64,000 nt of DNA, from the NCBI GenBank assembly GCA_965644315.1, contig CBFFRQ010000050.1, positions 1 to 64,000 on the forward strand, in the 5' to 3' direction. The stretch is from Caecitellus pseudoparvulus. Taxonomy: Eukaryota > Protista > Bigyra: Bicosoecida. The notes beneath the pieces are model-generated. The model had not been told where the DNA came from. It saw nothing but the letters and a program-made list of their open reading frames with translations, and made no database searches. This document shows positions 18,801 to 29,562 of this stretch, piece by piece. The position numbers were made by a program, and so were the translations under genes. Numbering within the stretch: the stretch's first letter is position 1; each line of letters opens with the position of its first letter.

Positions 18801-21077
18801 ATGCCTGCCGGCGGCATTGACACGGAGGGCTTGCCGCTGGCAACCTTGCAGCACCTGGTGGAGCATAACCTGTCCCTGAACTTGCTGGACAATGCGGTCT
18901 TTTACGCAGAGCTGCTGGTCTCCATGCAGCCCTCTGAAGTGCACCGGCACCTCTTGGCAGTGGCGCTGTGGATTGCTAACCGTCGCTCTGGCGCAGTGGA
19001 AGCGCTCAGGGGCTGCACTGCTCCCAGCAACAGGTACCAGCGCGCGTCCTACCTCAAGGCGCTGGACAGAAGAGAAGAAGCACTGGACGAGCTGCTGCAT
19101 GGAACGGGGCTGACGGGGCTGCCCCCTGCGAAGCTGCAGCAGCGGCTGCGCGCAGGCGCTTTGGTGCCCGGGGGGGCCGCTGGTTTGTACTTGGCAGGGG
19201 CGCTGATGCAGGCTGCTCAGAGAGCAGAGCATGCAATTGCTTTCTATGAAGCGTCTCTTGCCCTGGACCCCTCCATGTGGTGCTCATTCACGGCGCTTTC
19301 GCGGCTGGGGAAGGAAGTGGATGCAGCTGCGGTTTTTGCCCCTGACGCAGCCTCCTCTCTTCCCCAAGCTCACCCGTTGAAAGCTAGCGCGCCGGTTGTG
19401 GAAGTGAAGGAGTCCACAACGGACCGCTCAAGTGCAGCTCCACTTGCAGCAAGTGCTTTGGGTAGAGAAAGGGCCCCCAGTGCTGTGGCAGCTGCGCTGT
19501 CTTTCTCCTCAGGCGCTGGCGGTGCCATGGTGGCCACCCCTGTAGCAGCAGCAGCGCCTCAGCGCCTGGCTTTTGAGAGTGCTGGGACCATGGCCACCCA
19601 AAGCATGACTACGGGCTCCCAACTGCATGGCGGCACTTCCATGCTGCGCTCCGCCCTGCACTTCGCCTCGCCTGCATCACCGCTGCCCTCGCCGCTCACT
19701 CCTGCGGTGCGCATGGCCATGGCTGCGCCACAGTCTGCTGGCCGGGCGGCGCAGGGGACCCCGAGCCAGGCCGACACAGGGCACAGCGAGTCAACTGCCC
19801 CCTTCACCCGCCCCCGTGGGGCTGCGCGGCTGTCCCTGGAGAGCGTGCCCTCCGCTGCCCGGACCCCAGATGCGGGAGGCTTGGTGTCCCCTGGCGACGC
19901 CAGGGAAGGGCCGTCTCTGGCGCCCCCGGCAGTGCCGTTGGGCCGCCGAGCTCGCAGGGTGCTGACAGACCGTAGGCAGTCCTTGGAGTCTGTGCCAGAG
20001 GAGGCGGCGGGTCGGGCAGGGGGCGAGGCAGGCGCAGGTGACCACACAGCTGCACAGGTGGGCCATCGCTCCACAGCGCTGCACATGCTGACCCAACTGG
20101 CAAGCGTGAAGCAAGCCCTCCTGCTGCACCGGCCAGATCAAGCGGCCTCCGCAGCACAGGCCTTGCCAGCGCACCTGACCACAGCCGTGCCTGTCCTGCG
20201 GTGGCGTGGGCTGGCCCTGGCGGAGGCGGCTCAGCATGGGCAGGCGGTGTCCGTGCTGCAGCTCATGCGCCGGGAGGCGCCGTGGACCCTGGATGGTGTG
20301 GACACTCTGAGCACTGCCCTGTGGCACACGGGCGCCACTGCCACGCTGTCGGCGCTGGCGTCCGAACTGCGCGGCATGGACCGCCTGAGCCCAGTGACGT
20401 GGATCGCCAGCGGCAACGCGCTGTCCGCGGCTGGCGACCACGCCGGCGCAGCCAGCATGTTCAAGCGGGCCCTGCAGCTGGACCCCACCTGCGCCGGCGC
20501 AGCGTGCTTGCTGGGCCACGAGGCGGGGGCGCAGGGTGACACTGCTGGGGCGACGGCAGCCTTCCGCAAGGCCCTTGCGCTGGACGCGTGCAGCTATGTG
20601 GCGTGGTTTGGCCTGGGGGGCGTGTACTACCGGGCAGAGGAGTGGGCCTCTGCAGCCGTGCACTTCGCGCGGGCGGTGGAGCTCTTCCCCGCCTCGTCTG
20701 TGCTGCAGTGCTACCTCGGCATGGCCCATGCGAAGCTGGGTCGGCAGCACGAGGCCCTGGCCTGCCTCACCAGAGCCGTCGAAGTGGACGATCGCAATGC
20801 TCAAGCTTGGTTTCAGCGTGCTCAGCTGCTGGAGGCAGCAGGGCAGATGGAGAAGGCCTTGCAAGCTCTGCAGCGCACAGAGGCGCTGGCTCCCAGGGAG
20901 GCGGCTGTGCACATGCTCATGGGAAAGGTGGCGAAAGCCTTGGGGCTGCTGCCCAGGGCGGTGAGAGCGTACAACCGGGCGCTGGAGCTGGCGCCCAAGG
21001 ACGCCAACACCATCAAGCGAGCGCTGGACGACGTGTACTTGGAGTCAGAAGGGGTGGCAGTGGAAGACGTTGTGTGA
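18801..21077 (+). CDS. CDC27: Anaphase-promoting complex subunit CDC27/APC3 (TPR protein)
   Basis: NAVFYAELL N-terminal APC3 motif, ALDPSMWCSFTALSRLG, PWTLDGVDTLSTALWH, DRLSPVTWIASGN, FKRALQLDP and C-terminal TPRs. Confidence 0.85.
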   Translation: MPAGGIDTEGLPLATLQHLVEHNLSLNLLDNAVFYAELLVSMQPSEVHRHLLAVALWIANRRSGAVEALRGCTAPSNRYQRASYLKALDRREEALDELLHGTGLTGLPPAKLQQRLRAGALVPGGAAGLYLAGALMQAAQRAEHAIAFYEASLALDPSMWCSFTALSRLGKEVDAAAVFAPDAASSLPQAHPLKASAPVVEVKESTTDRSSAAPLAASALGRERAPSAVAAALSFSSGAGGAMVATPVAAAAPQRLAFESAGTMATQSMTTGSQLHGGTSMLRSALHFASPASPLPSPLTPAVRMAMAAPQSAGRAAQGTPSQADTGHSESTAPFTRPRGAARLSLESVPSAARTPDAGGLVSPGDAREGPSLAPPAVPLGRRARRVLTDRRQSLESVPEEAAGRAGGEAGAGDHTAAQVGHRSTALHMLTQLASVKQALLLHRPDQAASAAQALPAHLTTAVPVLRWRGLALAEAAQHGQAVSVLQLMRREAPWTLDGVDTLSTALWHTGATATLSALASELRGMDRLSPVTWIASGNALSAAGDHAGAASMFKRALQLDPTCAGAACLLGHEAGAQGDTAGATAAFRKALALDACSYVAWFGLGGVYYRAEEWASAAVHFARAVELFPASSVLQCYLGMAHAKLGRQHEALACLTRAVEVDDRNAQAWFQRAQLLEAAGQMEKALQALQRTEALAPREAAVHMLMGKVAKALGLLPRAVRAYNRALELAPKDANTIKRALDDVYLESEGVAVEDVV

Positions 21078-21239
21078 GCTGGAGCAGCGGGGAGGGCTTT
21101 TCAAATTCAATGTAGAGTATCAGGCTCCCGTGACATGTGCTCGCCACACGCGGCTTGCTTGCTCTGCACTTGGCTGCGTTGTCGCACATGCTGGCGCTTT
21201 TGCGCTCTGCGGTTTTTGCGCTGCGCTTTTTGAGCAGGC

Positions 21240-23179
21240 ATGGACGATGAAGTTGACTTTAGGGAGGCCATCGACGCGAGATTTTACGAGGAAGATGAAC
21301 ATGACGGCGATGAAGACGACTTAAGTGCCCTTGCGGCCGCTTTTGAGGCGCCCTGCGTGGACTGTGCGTGGGCCTGCGTTTCTCAACGAAACGCGCGCTG
21401 CGCTGCATGGCTGCCTGGCGCCTCCTCTCAGTGCAGAGGGATGCCCCCCCCGCATGTGAAAACGAAGACCAAGATGCCCAACTCGCAGTTCGACCGCCAC
21501 TGCCTCCCGTGCAACAACCGTCTCCTAGGGTGGAGGGGGAGACACCTGCGCCTGGTGCAGTCGAGCCAGCACTTGCTTCGCCTGCGCCCGGACCCACCCC
21601 GGCACCCATGCCTGCTCGTAAGCGCCAGCGAGGCGGCGCATTGGGGACAGCGCCCGCACAGCAACGTGTGCCGCGCCTGGCATCATTCCCTTCATCGTTG
21701 CAGCTGGGCGCAGGACGCCTGGTGTCGCAACGACGTGCAGTCGTGGGCACACTGCAACCCTTGTCCTCCTTCGTGGCTGCCTTCCACCCGCCGGACAGGG
21801 GCGCGCCAGCAGGCGACCAGGAGGCCCTCTACGACGAAGAGGCCCCCGGACCCTCCTTGCCCCCCACAGGTCCGGGTGCGGGGGCTTGCCCCGCGCAGGC
21901 ACCGCGAGCCAGCCAGGCTGACCCGATGCCGCTCAGTGCCATATTCGGGACGCTGGCCAGCGGCAACTCGCCCCCACGTGCCCCTGTAGTGTTCAAGCCC
22001 CACCGCAGTCCAGGGCCCCCTGCAGGGCGCCGTCAGGCCGTGGGCAGCCACGCTGCCTTGTCAGCTCAGCTGCACTCGCAGCGGGGAAGGGCCAAGCCCC
22101 TGGCCGCGACCCCCCCCGACCACCCCGGTCCAGCCCTGCGGTTGAGTCAAATATTCGGCTCGACGGGGGACGTCGCTAGGGAGCTCGGCAGCGGCGCTGC
22201 CACCCCCGACAGCATCGACGAGAACGTGACATTCGTCTCGCCAGAGCCAGCGGTGCTGTCTCCACGAAGCAGGCAGCACATGCAGAGTCTCCCGCTACAC
22301 CTGGCAGCTCAGTTCCTGCGCTCCAGAGGGATCGAGCCAGGGGAGCAGCATGTGGCAGACACGCGTTCTCAACCCGCCACTCACGGCGACGCCCTCGCAA
22401 TCAGCGCCATCTTCTCACCTGGGGCAGGCATGGGGGGTGCCACTGACTGCAGCGGCTTGGCGTCTCAGCACCCTTACCGAGCCTCGTCAGCGCGCAGCGC
22501 GGGGCTTGCCGCGCGCCTGCTCCGCCAGAGGCGGCACCTCACCCGCGACAGCTCCCTCTTGCAGCACTATGGCTCCAACGGGTCCCTGCCTCACGTGGCG
22601 GGGGCGGGAGACGCCTCCAGCTCCGCGTGCTCAGGCTCCATCGAGCCAGGTGCACTGCAGGCAGCCCACACAGATGTGCGCCAGCGGCCTTGCATCGACA
22701 TTGCTCTGGTGCGGTGGCTGGGGCCCTCCACTCGGGCAGCTGTCTCGGAAGGCTTTCAACTGCCGGGAGAGTGTTCTGAGCAGACGCCAGCAGCCCCTGC
22801 CGCGTGGCAAGAGGGGCTGCACCCGACCCTGGCCAAGCAGCTGCAGAAGCAGGGGCCCGTGCACCTGTGCAGACACCACGTTCGCTCCGTGGTCGTTGTG
22901 GTGGGTGTGTTTGGCGGGTTCCCCTCAGGCACTGTCGTCCCGTTGGTCGGCAGCTGCTTGTTGCTGCTCACACGCAGCGACAGCCGCGCCCCGGTGCAGA
23001 TCCAGCGCCTGCACCAGGCCATGCACGAGGCAGGGGGAGTGCTGTCCAGCGAAGTGCCTATCCCGCTCGGTGGGCGTTTCAGGCTGTTCTTCCCGTTCAA
23101 AGCCACGGCACTGCCGGGAGGCGAAGGGCACCCTCAGCTGCCAGCACTGCTGTGCACTGACTTGCTGACCCCACTTTAA
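21240..23179 (+). CDS. Hypothetical protein, possibly SPIDR-like (DUF4502 region); 1 intron
   Basis: An acidic exon 1 from 21240 can be spliced into the 603-aa ORF. AGLAARL...LLQH and GGRFRLFFPF...LLCT resemble SPIDR N-terminal motifs as I recall them (unverified). Confidence 0.5.
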
Positions 23180-23297
23180 ATCCTGCCGCTTAATCCCCAC
23201 ATGAATGTACGAGGACACATTTAATATGTTCCGCCCCGCTTCCACCCCGGTAGTGGGCAGTGGCGCTTCGTAGCGCTCTCTCCGCTGAGGGCCACTT

Positions 23298-26200
23298 GTG
23301 CTGGGGCTCAAATTCCGCAGGCGAAGCGCCATGCGGACTACGACGCCTTGCGCCATGCCCTGCGACTCCAGAATGCTGAGCGGCTTCCTGCGCACAGCGC
23401 TAGCTGGAGCAGGGAGCTTGGTGTGGCTTTTGGTGGCAGGTGAAGGCTTGGTGAGGGTCGTTGCCCCTGGAACGTCGTATTCCTCGCCTGCGGCACCGAG
23501 AATCTCGTCGCCTGCGCAGGAACTGTCCATTCTCGTGGGCGTGATTGCTGTGGTGGTGGCGTTCCAAGAAAGCATTGGAGCAGGGGTGTATGCCTGCGCC
23601 CAGTCACTGTCTGGCTCCCTCATTGGCGCGCTTTGCGCAGCTCCCGGCCTGGCCATCGGGAGCAGATCCCCTCTGGTGCTGGGAAGTGCATTGCTTCTGC
23701 TGACACCACTGTCTGTCGTCCTGTCTTGGCACAATCCCCTTCGGCAGAAACTGGCCGTTGGCCTGACAGCTCTCCTCCTTCTGCTCCCCGTGCTGCAGGA
23801 GCGGCAGGGTGTCGTGCACGAGTCCTTGTTCACCGTCACTTGGCATGTGTTGCTTGTGGTGTGCCTGGGCTGCGCCATGGGCCTTGTGGCGTGGGGGATA
23901 TTGCCCTGGGTTCCCTCTGCAGATGTTCAGGGCAAAGTCAGCCTGCAAGCAGCAGCGCGGGCTGCCGGCTTGGCTCTGAGGGTGACGGTGGCAGAGTTTG
24001 AGGTGGCGGCCCCGCCCCCCACCCAGTCCGCTCCGCCTTCCCCGACCCACAGCACATTTGGCTCACGTCCAGAGCACAGCAGTGGTGGACAGTCTGGCTC
24101 TGCTCCCACTGTGCTGTCCGGCCCGCCGGTGACTCTGCCAGAACCCAGCGGGCAGTCGGTGGGCGCCGCAACGCTGGACTCCAGCTCCACGGCGGCACTG
24201 ACCACTGCAGGGCTGGACCTTGAATGGGAAGCGCCCCTGGCGCAGAGCAGCGCATCGCCAGCCCAGGGACCAGACAAGGCTGGGGCCCTGCCCATCCTGC
24301 GCAAGTACCGTGAGCGGCACCTTGCGGAGGCCAAGGCTGCCCTCGCCGAGGCGGCAACAGCACGGGTCTTCTCGCAGTGGGAGTTGGCCGCTTGGCTGCA
24401 CTCCGTACGGTGCTGGGCGCAGTGGGCGTGCAACCGCTGTTGCAGGTGTGGCTGTGCTTGCAGCGACTGCTGTGGGGGGCTAGGTGTAGCCCCGCCCGCT
24501 CACCCTCGAGAGGCGGATTCAAAGTGGTACCTGGTGGTCCAGAAGCTGTACATGATCACGCTCCTGATGGGAAGGGCCAGCGAACAATGTCATGGGAGCC
24601 AGGTGCACGCACTGATTACCCAAGGGCTGTCCCCCGACCTCCTCAAATTGGCCAAGGCTACGGCAGGCCTCGTGCGAGTGGCTGTGGACATTGAGCTGGC
24701 ACACAGCCCCACAGCTGTCGCTTGCTTCCCTTGCTGCATTCAGCCGCATGTGTTGGAGCGGGGTGGCTTCCCAGCGGCGATCCAGGCGCGGGACAATGTC
24801 ATTCGTTGCATGGCAGAGGTGCTGCGCAAGTTCGCGCTTGTGCGCAAGGCAGTGTTCTACGGCAGGGAGGACGCCTTGCTCACGCAGTGGGACACACGAG
24901 CTGTGACATCCACCAACACCGTCATGTTCGGTGCGATTCGCACAGCCCAGCTGGTCGTCAGGGCTGCGTTCAGCCCCAGCAGCGTCACTGGGGGCCGTGC
25001 ACCTTCGGACGCTAGCCTGCGCGAGTTCCATGACAAAGCTACCGGTGACTTGATGGGTCACACCGCCATTTCCATGCCAGGCTCTCAAGGCACTCAGGCT
25101 GTCCCCGCGAGTCGGGGCGGCGTGCAAGCTTGGCTGTGCGGCGTGGCCCACACGACTGTGCTGAGCTACCCTGCCTGGAGGCGCGCGATGAAGCTCACGC
25201 TCGCTGTGTTTCTCGTGGCGTTGCAGTCCTTGCTGCCAACGAACATGCGCAACACGCACCTGGCACCCCTGGCTGTCGCCTTCGCTGCGGGGTCCAATTC
25301 GGGCAACACTTTCATCTCTGGGCTGGCGCGCATTCAAGGCACAATGACGGGGGGCATTTTGGGCTTTTTCATTGTGGAGTTTGCCTTCAACTCCCCCGTC
25401 GCAGCGTCCGTCCTGCTGGGCTGTGCGGTGGGGCTCGTGTATCTGGCAACCTGCAACGCAGGCGCCGAAACTCGGAGAGTTGCCCTCATCACCGCCTTTA
25501 CAACTGTCATTATCGTGACGGGCGTCGATGTGCGGGCAGGTGCGGCAGCTGCCGAGAGCCTGGCCGTGTCCCGCATCCAGCAGAATGTGTTCGGCGTGCT
25601 TGCCTTGATGCTGGTGTCCATGGTGGTCTTGCCAGATCGCGCAAGTGACGCGCTGCCGTCCCAAGCCTCCCAAGCCATGCGGGGGCTCCACACCGCAGTA
25701 AAGCAGACGGCGAAGATGCTCTCCCTCACTCTTTTAGACGACGACGAAGATGGCAGCAGTGACGGGGAGGGCGAGCCGGCGGCTGGCTGCTCTGCTGCGC
25801 CGACTCCAAAGCCAGCGCTCCCATCCATCCGGACTCCCAGCAGTGTTGAGGCTGGTCGACGGCGGCGTATGCACGCAGCTGCCACAGCCAGGGACCGTTT
25901 CTTGGCCATGTACAACTTCACTGCACCCTCAGAGCTGGACGAGGTCACCGGGTTCACTTCCACACTGCCACAAGCCATCGAAGATGCGAAGCATGACCCG
26001 CGCATAGGGCGCACCCCATTCCCCGCAGAGCGGTGGGCGCAAGTGCACAGCAGCTTGAAGGCCATGGTCAGCGCTCTGCGCCTGGTGAACCAGTGCCGCA
26101 TCACCCTGGCGCTGCAGCGAGCCCAAGAGCACCACGACGAAGCGGAGCGGCTGAAGGCGAAGCTTGATGCTGCATCTCTGCCAACGACGCCGGCAGGGCT

Positions 26201-27119
26201 GGGCCTGAGCACCGTTCACTTGGCTTGCGAAGAGCTGATGCAGGTTTTTCAGGCGCATGACGTCATCGCTCTCCGGGAGGGGCTCGAGTTGACCGGGCAC
26301 GAAGCGCTGCGCAGCGTGGAGGCAGCCACAGAGCGGCAGCAGGGCAGCTTGTCGGAGGCGTCTCCGGCAACAGAGGGCGCGGCAGACTTGCGCCGGGACT
26401 TTGTCTTCGGGTCTGTCATGCCGAACATGCTGCAGCTGTTGGAGGCGGTGGCGTGTGTTTGCGAGCACGGGGCGGCTGTGCTCCGGGGGGACAGTGTGTC
26501 GGGGCCAGCGACTCTCTCCCGGGCGCTTCGACAGCTGACCATGGCCCAAGCACTTGTCTCTGAACGCTGCGACGCACTGCTCGAAGAGTACGGCAGTGTT
26601 GGGCAGCAGACCATCGCTATCGTCAGCCGTTGGGTGGCATCAGCGGGCCACTCCGGCTCGACGGATGATCTGGCAGGGCTGGTGCAGGAGGAGGCGAGTG
26701 CACCGCCAACGCTTGATGCAGCCCACAGCGCCCCATCTCTGGACGCTGTTTCAGGCGTGTCCTCTGTGGCGACGGGCGGGACTCACCTCAAGCGCGGAGT
26801 GGCTGGTCTGGCTGGTCGGGCTGAAGTGGGCATTCGCCAGCAGCTCATCTCCAGGCTGCTCATCTCCAACGCCGAGGCAGTGCACTTCGCCTCTGCCGTG
26901 TATGCCATGCAGCTGCTCAGCTCTGGTGCAGGGTCCCTGTGTGAGGCTCTTGGACACATTTGCGTGCACGCGTCAGATCGAGCCGCCCTAGATTGGCTGG
27001 AAGCGCAGCAGGCACCAAGTTCCACCTCGCTGGCAGCACCTGAGCAAGCCGCACTCCACGAGGGACAAAGGGCTGGCAGCTCCACGGAGCTGCATGTGCT
27101 GGCCTTCCTTGAGCACTAG
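23298..27119 (+). CDS. Multi-pass membrane protein, FUSC/aromatic acid exporter (ArAE/ALMT-like) family
   Basis: Two hydrophobic TM clusters. The second has WRRAMKLTLAV, GNTFISGLARIQGTMTGGILG, AVSRIQQNVFGV and VVLPDRA, typical of FUSC_2-type domains. Confidence 0.75.
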   Translation: MLGLKFRRRSAMRTTTPCAMPCDSRMLSGFLRTALAGAGSLVWLLVAGEGLVRVVAPGTSYSSPAAPRISSPAQELSILVGVIAVVVAFQESIGAGVYACAQSLSGSLIGALCAAPGLAIGSRSPLVLGSALLLLTPLSVVLSWHNPLRQKLAVGLTALLLLLPVLQERQGVVHESLFTVTWHVLLVVCLGCAMGLVAWGILPWVPSADVQGKVSLQAAARAAGLALRVTVAEFEVAAPPPTQSAPPSPTHSTFGSRPEHSSGGQSGSAPTVLSGPPVTLPEPSGQSVGAATLDSSSTAALTTAGLDLEWEAPLAQSSASPAQGPDKAGALPILRKYRERHLAEAKAALAEAATARVFSQWELAAWLHSVRCWAQWACNRCCRCGCACSDCCGGLGVAPPAHPREADSKWYLVVQKLYMITLLMGRASEQCHGSQVHALITQGLSPDLLKLAKATAGLVRVAVDIELAHSPTAVACFPCCIQPHVLERGGFPAAIQARDNVIRCMAEVLRKFALVRKAVFYGREDALLTQWDTRAVTSTNTVMFGAIRTAQLVVRAAFSPSSVTGGRAPSDASLREFHDKATGDLMGHTAISMPGSQGTQAVPASRGGVQAWLCGVAHTTVLSYPAWRRAMKLTLAVFLVALQSLLPTNMRNTHLAPLAVAFAAGSNSGNTFISGLARIQGTMTGGILGFFIVEFAFNSPVAASVLLGCAVGLVYLATCNAGAETRRVALITAFTTVIIVTGVDVRAGAAAAESLAVSRIQQNVFGVLALMLVSMVVLPDRASDALPSQASQAMRGLHTAVKQTAKMLSLTLLDDDEDGSSDGEGEPAAGCSAAPTPKPALPSIRTPSSVEAGRRRRMHAAATARDRFLAMYNFTAPSELDEVTGFTSTLPQAIEDAKHDPRIGRTPFPAERWAQVHSSLKAMVSALRLVNQCRITLALQRAQEHHDEAERLKAKLDAASLPTTPAGLGLSTVHLACEELMQVFQAHDVIALREGLELTGHEALRSVEAATERQQGSLSEASPATEGAADLRRDFVFGSVMPNMLQLLEAVACVCEHGAAVLRGDSVSGPATLSRALRQLTMAQALVSERCDALLEEYGSVGQQTIAIVSRWVASAGHSGSTDDLAGLVQEEASAPPTLDAAHSAPSLDAVSGVSSVATGGTHLKRGVAGLAGRAEVGIRQQLISRLLISNAEAVHFASAVYAMQLLSSGAGSLCEALGHICVHASDRAALDWLEAQQAPSSTSLAAPEQAALHEGQRAGSSTELHVLAFLEH

Positions 27120-27452
27120 GCTCGTCGTTTGCCTGCCAAGGCAGCGAGCTGCTGCGGGGGGAACCAAGGAATGCATGCATTGGGGCGAGGAATGAGAAAG
27201 GTTTGCACAGCACCAATCTAGTCACAATATCTCCGGGCGCTGGCGGGCTCACTTGCTATGTGGAAGGGCCCTCATCTTGCCTGCGCTTCGGGGCCCCCTC
27301 GCCACCGCCGCATTTTCCTCAATGGACCAAGGAAAGCACACTGCTCAACCTTGCAATTACTCAAATTCATTTGCCGAAGCATGCAGAAGTCCCGGGGCAT
27401 GTGGTTGGGTGAAGTTGATTCGACCATCCGTGAAAGGCGTGTTGAGGCAGCC

Positions 27453-29001
27453 ATGGCTGCGGCACGTGGCAGCGCCAGGCAGAGCAGGAGGGCGCGCCAG
27501 GTCCCAGAGGCACCTGCACAGCGAGATGACGTGCCAGTGTGCCGTTGTCTGAGGTGTAGGTCTGATGACGGCACATACAATGAACCGTGGGTTTGCGCGT
27601 TGCGCCGCGTTGCTTGCCAACAAGACAGCTGTGACTCCACCTACCACAGCGCTGCACAACACGGGAAGAAGTGCAACTGCGAGTGTAGGGCGAAGAGCAA
27701 GCTCAAAACACTTACCAGAGACACAGTGGAAGAGCTCTGGGGGCTGCACTCTGCGCAGGGGCCGCGATTTGAGAGCAGGTGCTGGATAGCGTGCCGCAGC
27801 TGCTTGCAAGCGCGGCGAAGAATTCTTGCAGCAGTACGTGATGCATCGCAAATGGTGTGACACGCCAAGCATCCCAGCTACCCTTTGATAGCACGTACCT
27901 AGATCCTGTTTGTGATCTTCGGCACACTCGAATGCTACGGTGTCATGCTCGGACCAAGAAAGTTGTGTGCGTTCACAGCAAGCCCGCAAGCCTCCTGCAC
28001 AGCGTCGTGCAACCGAAGCCGCCAAGGAAAAGAGCCCAACACTTGCTTTACACCTTTGCCCAGTCTGTCCCATCCTCGCCCCAGCCTCAACGCACCGGCG
28101 GGCTCACCCCTCGGTAATCGGCGATGCCGGGCAAGGCGTGAAGTCGAAGAAGTCGCAAGCGGTGCCGCTGAAGGAGCTGAGCACCGAGTTCAAGGAAATG
28201 ATTCAGGTGAGACTCGAGAAAGTCAACTTGGAGGACTATGTCAAACTCAAGATGTGCGCAGCGTGTCGGACTGCTCTGGATAGACAGGCGCAGCGCGTAC
28301 TGAAAGAGGGCGAGGGAGAAGAGCCCTACCGGATCAGACCAGTCACCGAGAAACGAAAGGCCGACGTTCCCAGTCTCACCAATCTAACCAATGGTACTGA
28401 GAGATACACGAGCAGGGTTCCCTTCGACTCTGCCTTCCTGCCGAGTGCTGAATTGCCCCCTGAAGGCGCTGGTACGACGGCCGCATCCAGCAAGTTGCTG
28501 CACCCGAACGTGACCCTGCCCGGGAGCGGTGACAAGTGCTTCACCCCGTATGACATGGTCGCCTTGATCAACTTCGTGGCTGGTAATGCTGGTGCATGCC
28601 GTCGGTGCGCCAAGTGCGGCACTGAGGGCCCGCTAAAGGTGGTGATGGTGCACGCAGCGCAGCACGACCATACAGCCACACCCAACATGGCACTGGTGCT
28701 CCCCTGTGGGCATGCCGTGAAGGACGTACAATTTCGCAGCAAAATGAAAGATGGGGGGCTGTCTTCGGCATTGGCAGATGCGCTGCACCTCGCCGCAGGG
28801 CCCTCCTCCGCAGTGCGGAGCCGCCGTGCTGCTGCTACTACAGCCGGCTTGCGGCAGGTGGTAGACAGGCAGGCAGCCACCCGCAGCGTTGGTACGGAAG
28901 CAGCCGAGACAGCGCTGAGCACAGGAGGGACGCATGCTTCACAGTCTTTATCGCAATCGCAAGATGCTGCCGCGGAAGGGTCTTCCACAGTGCTGCCGTA
29001 G
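27453..29001 (+). CDS. Cys-rich multi-zinc-finger protein, probable decayed TE-derived ORF (intron 27834-27978)
   Basis: ORFs 27258-27860 and 27940-29001 join in frame via GTACGT...TCACAG. The product has several CxxC pairs, and coding-like sequence continues past the stop with disruptions. Confidence 0.45.
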
Positions 29002-29562
29002 CGTAGGCTCCAAAGCGATGGGGGGGGAGACGGCACAGGGTCCGGCAACCCACCCAGTGACAGAGCCAAGTGAAACAGGCCACCAAACGGACGGTGATGA
29101 GGGTGATGGTTTAGACTTCAGCGCCCGGCAGCTTTGGGAATTCACGTGCTTTCCTGACCAGGAGGTTGGTGAAGCCCATGGGCGGTAGGACAAGGAGAGT
29201 CTCACCCCAAGTCCCGTCTTCATTGCATCATGCTTGCAGGCCCTCCGCGGCTAGAGCTTGGCCTGAGACTACTGGAAGTGCAACTGCTGCCAGATCCTCT
29301 GCTTGTGTGACTTGGCGGCGGCTGCATTCTCAGAGCTGATTCGGCTTGCTACCCTGACGACAGAGCAAGCCCACGCAAGCAAAGAAAAAAAGTTATACTG
29401 CGCAGCGCCAGTGGGATGCTGAAAAAATGAATATCTGCATGAACATTGCCGTGGCGCCCTGCTCACCGCGCAAGTTGCCTTTTTGTGCCGCTGGGAAGGC
29501 CACCCTCGAATCGCGGGCCAAGCCATCCTGCGTCGATACACTCTGAGCACAAAGCGGGGTGA

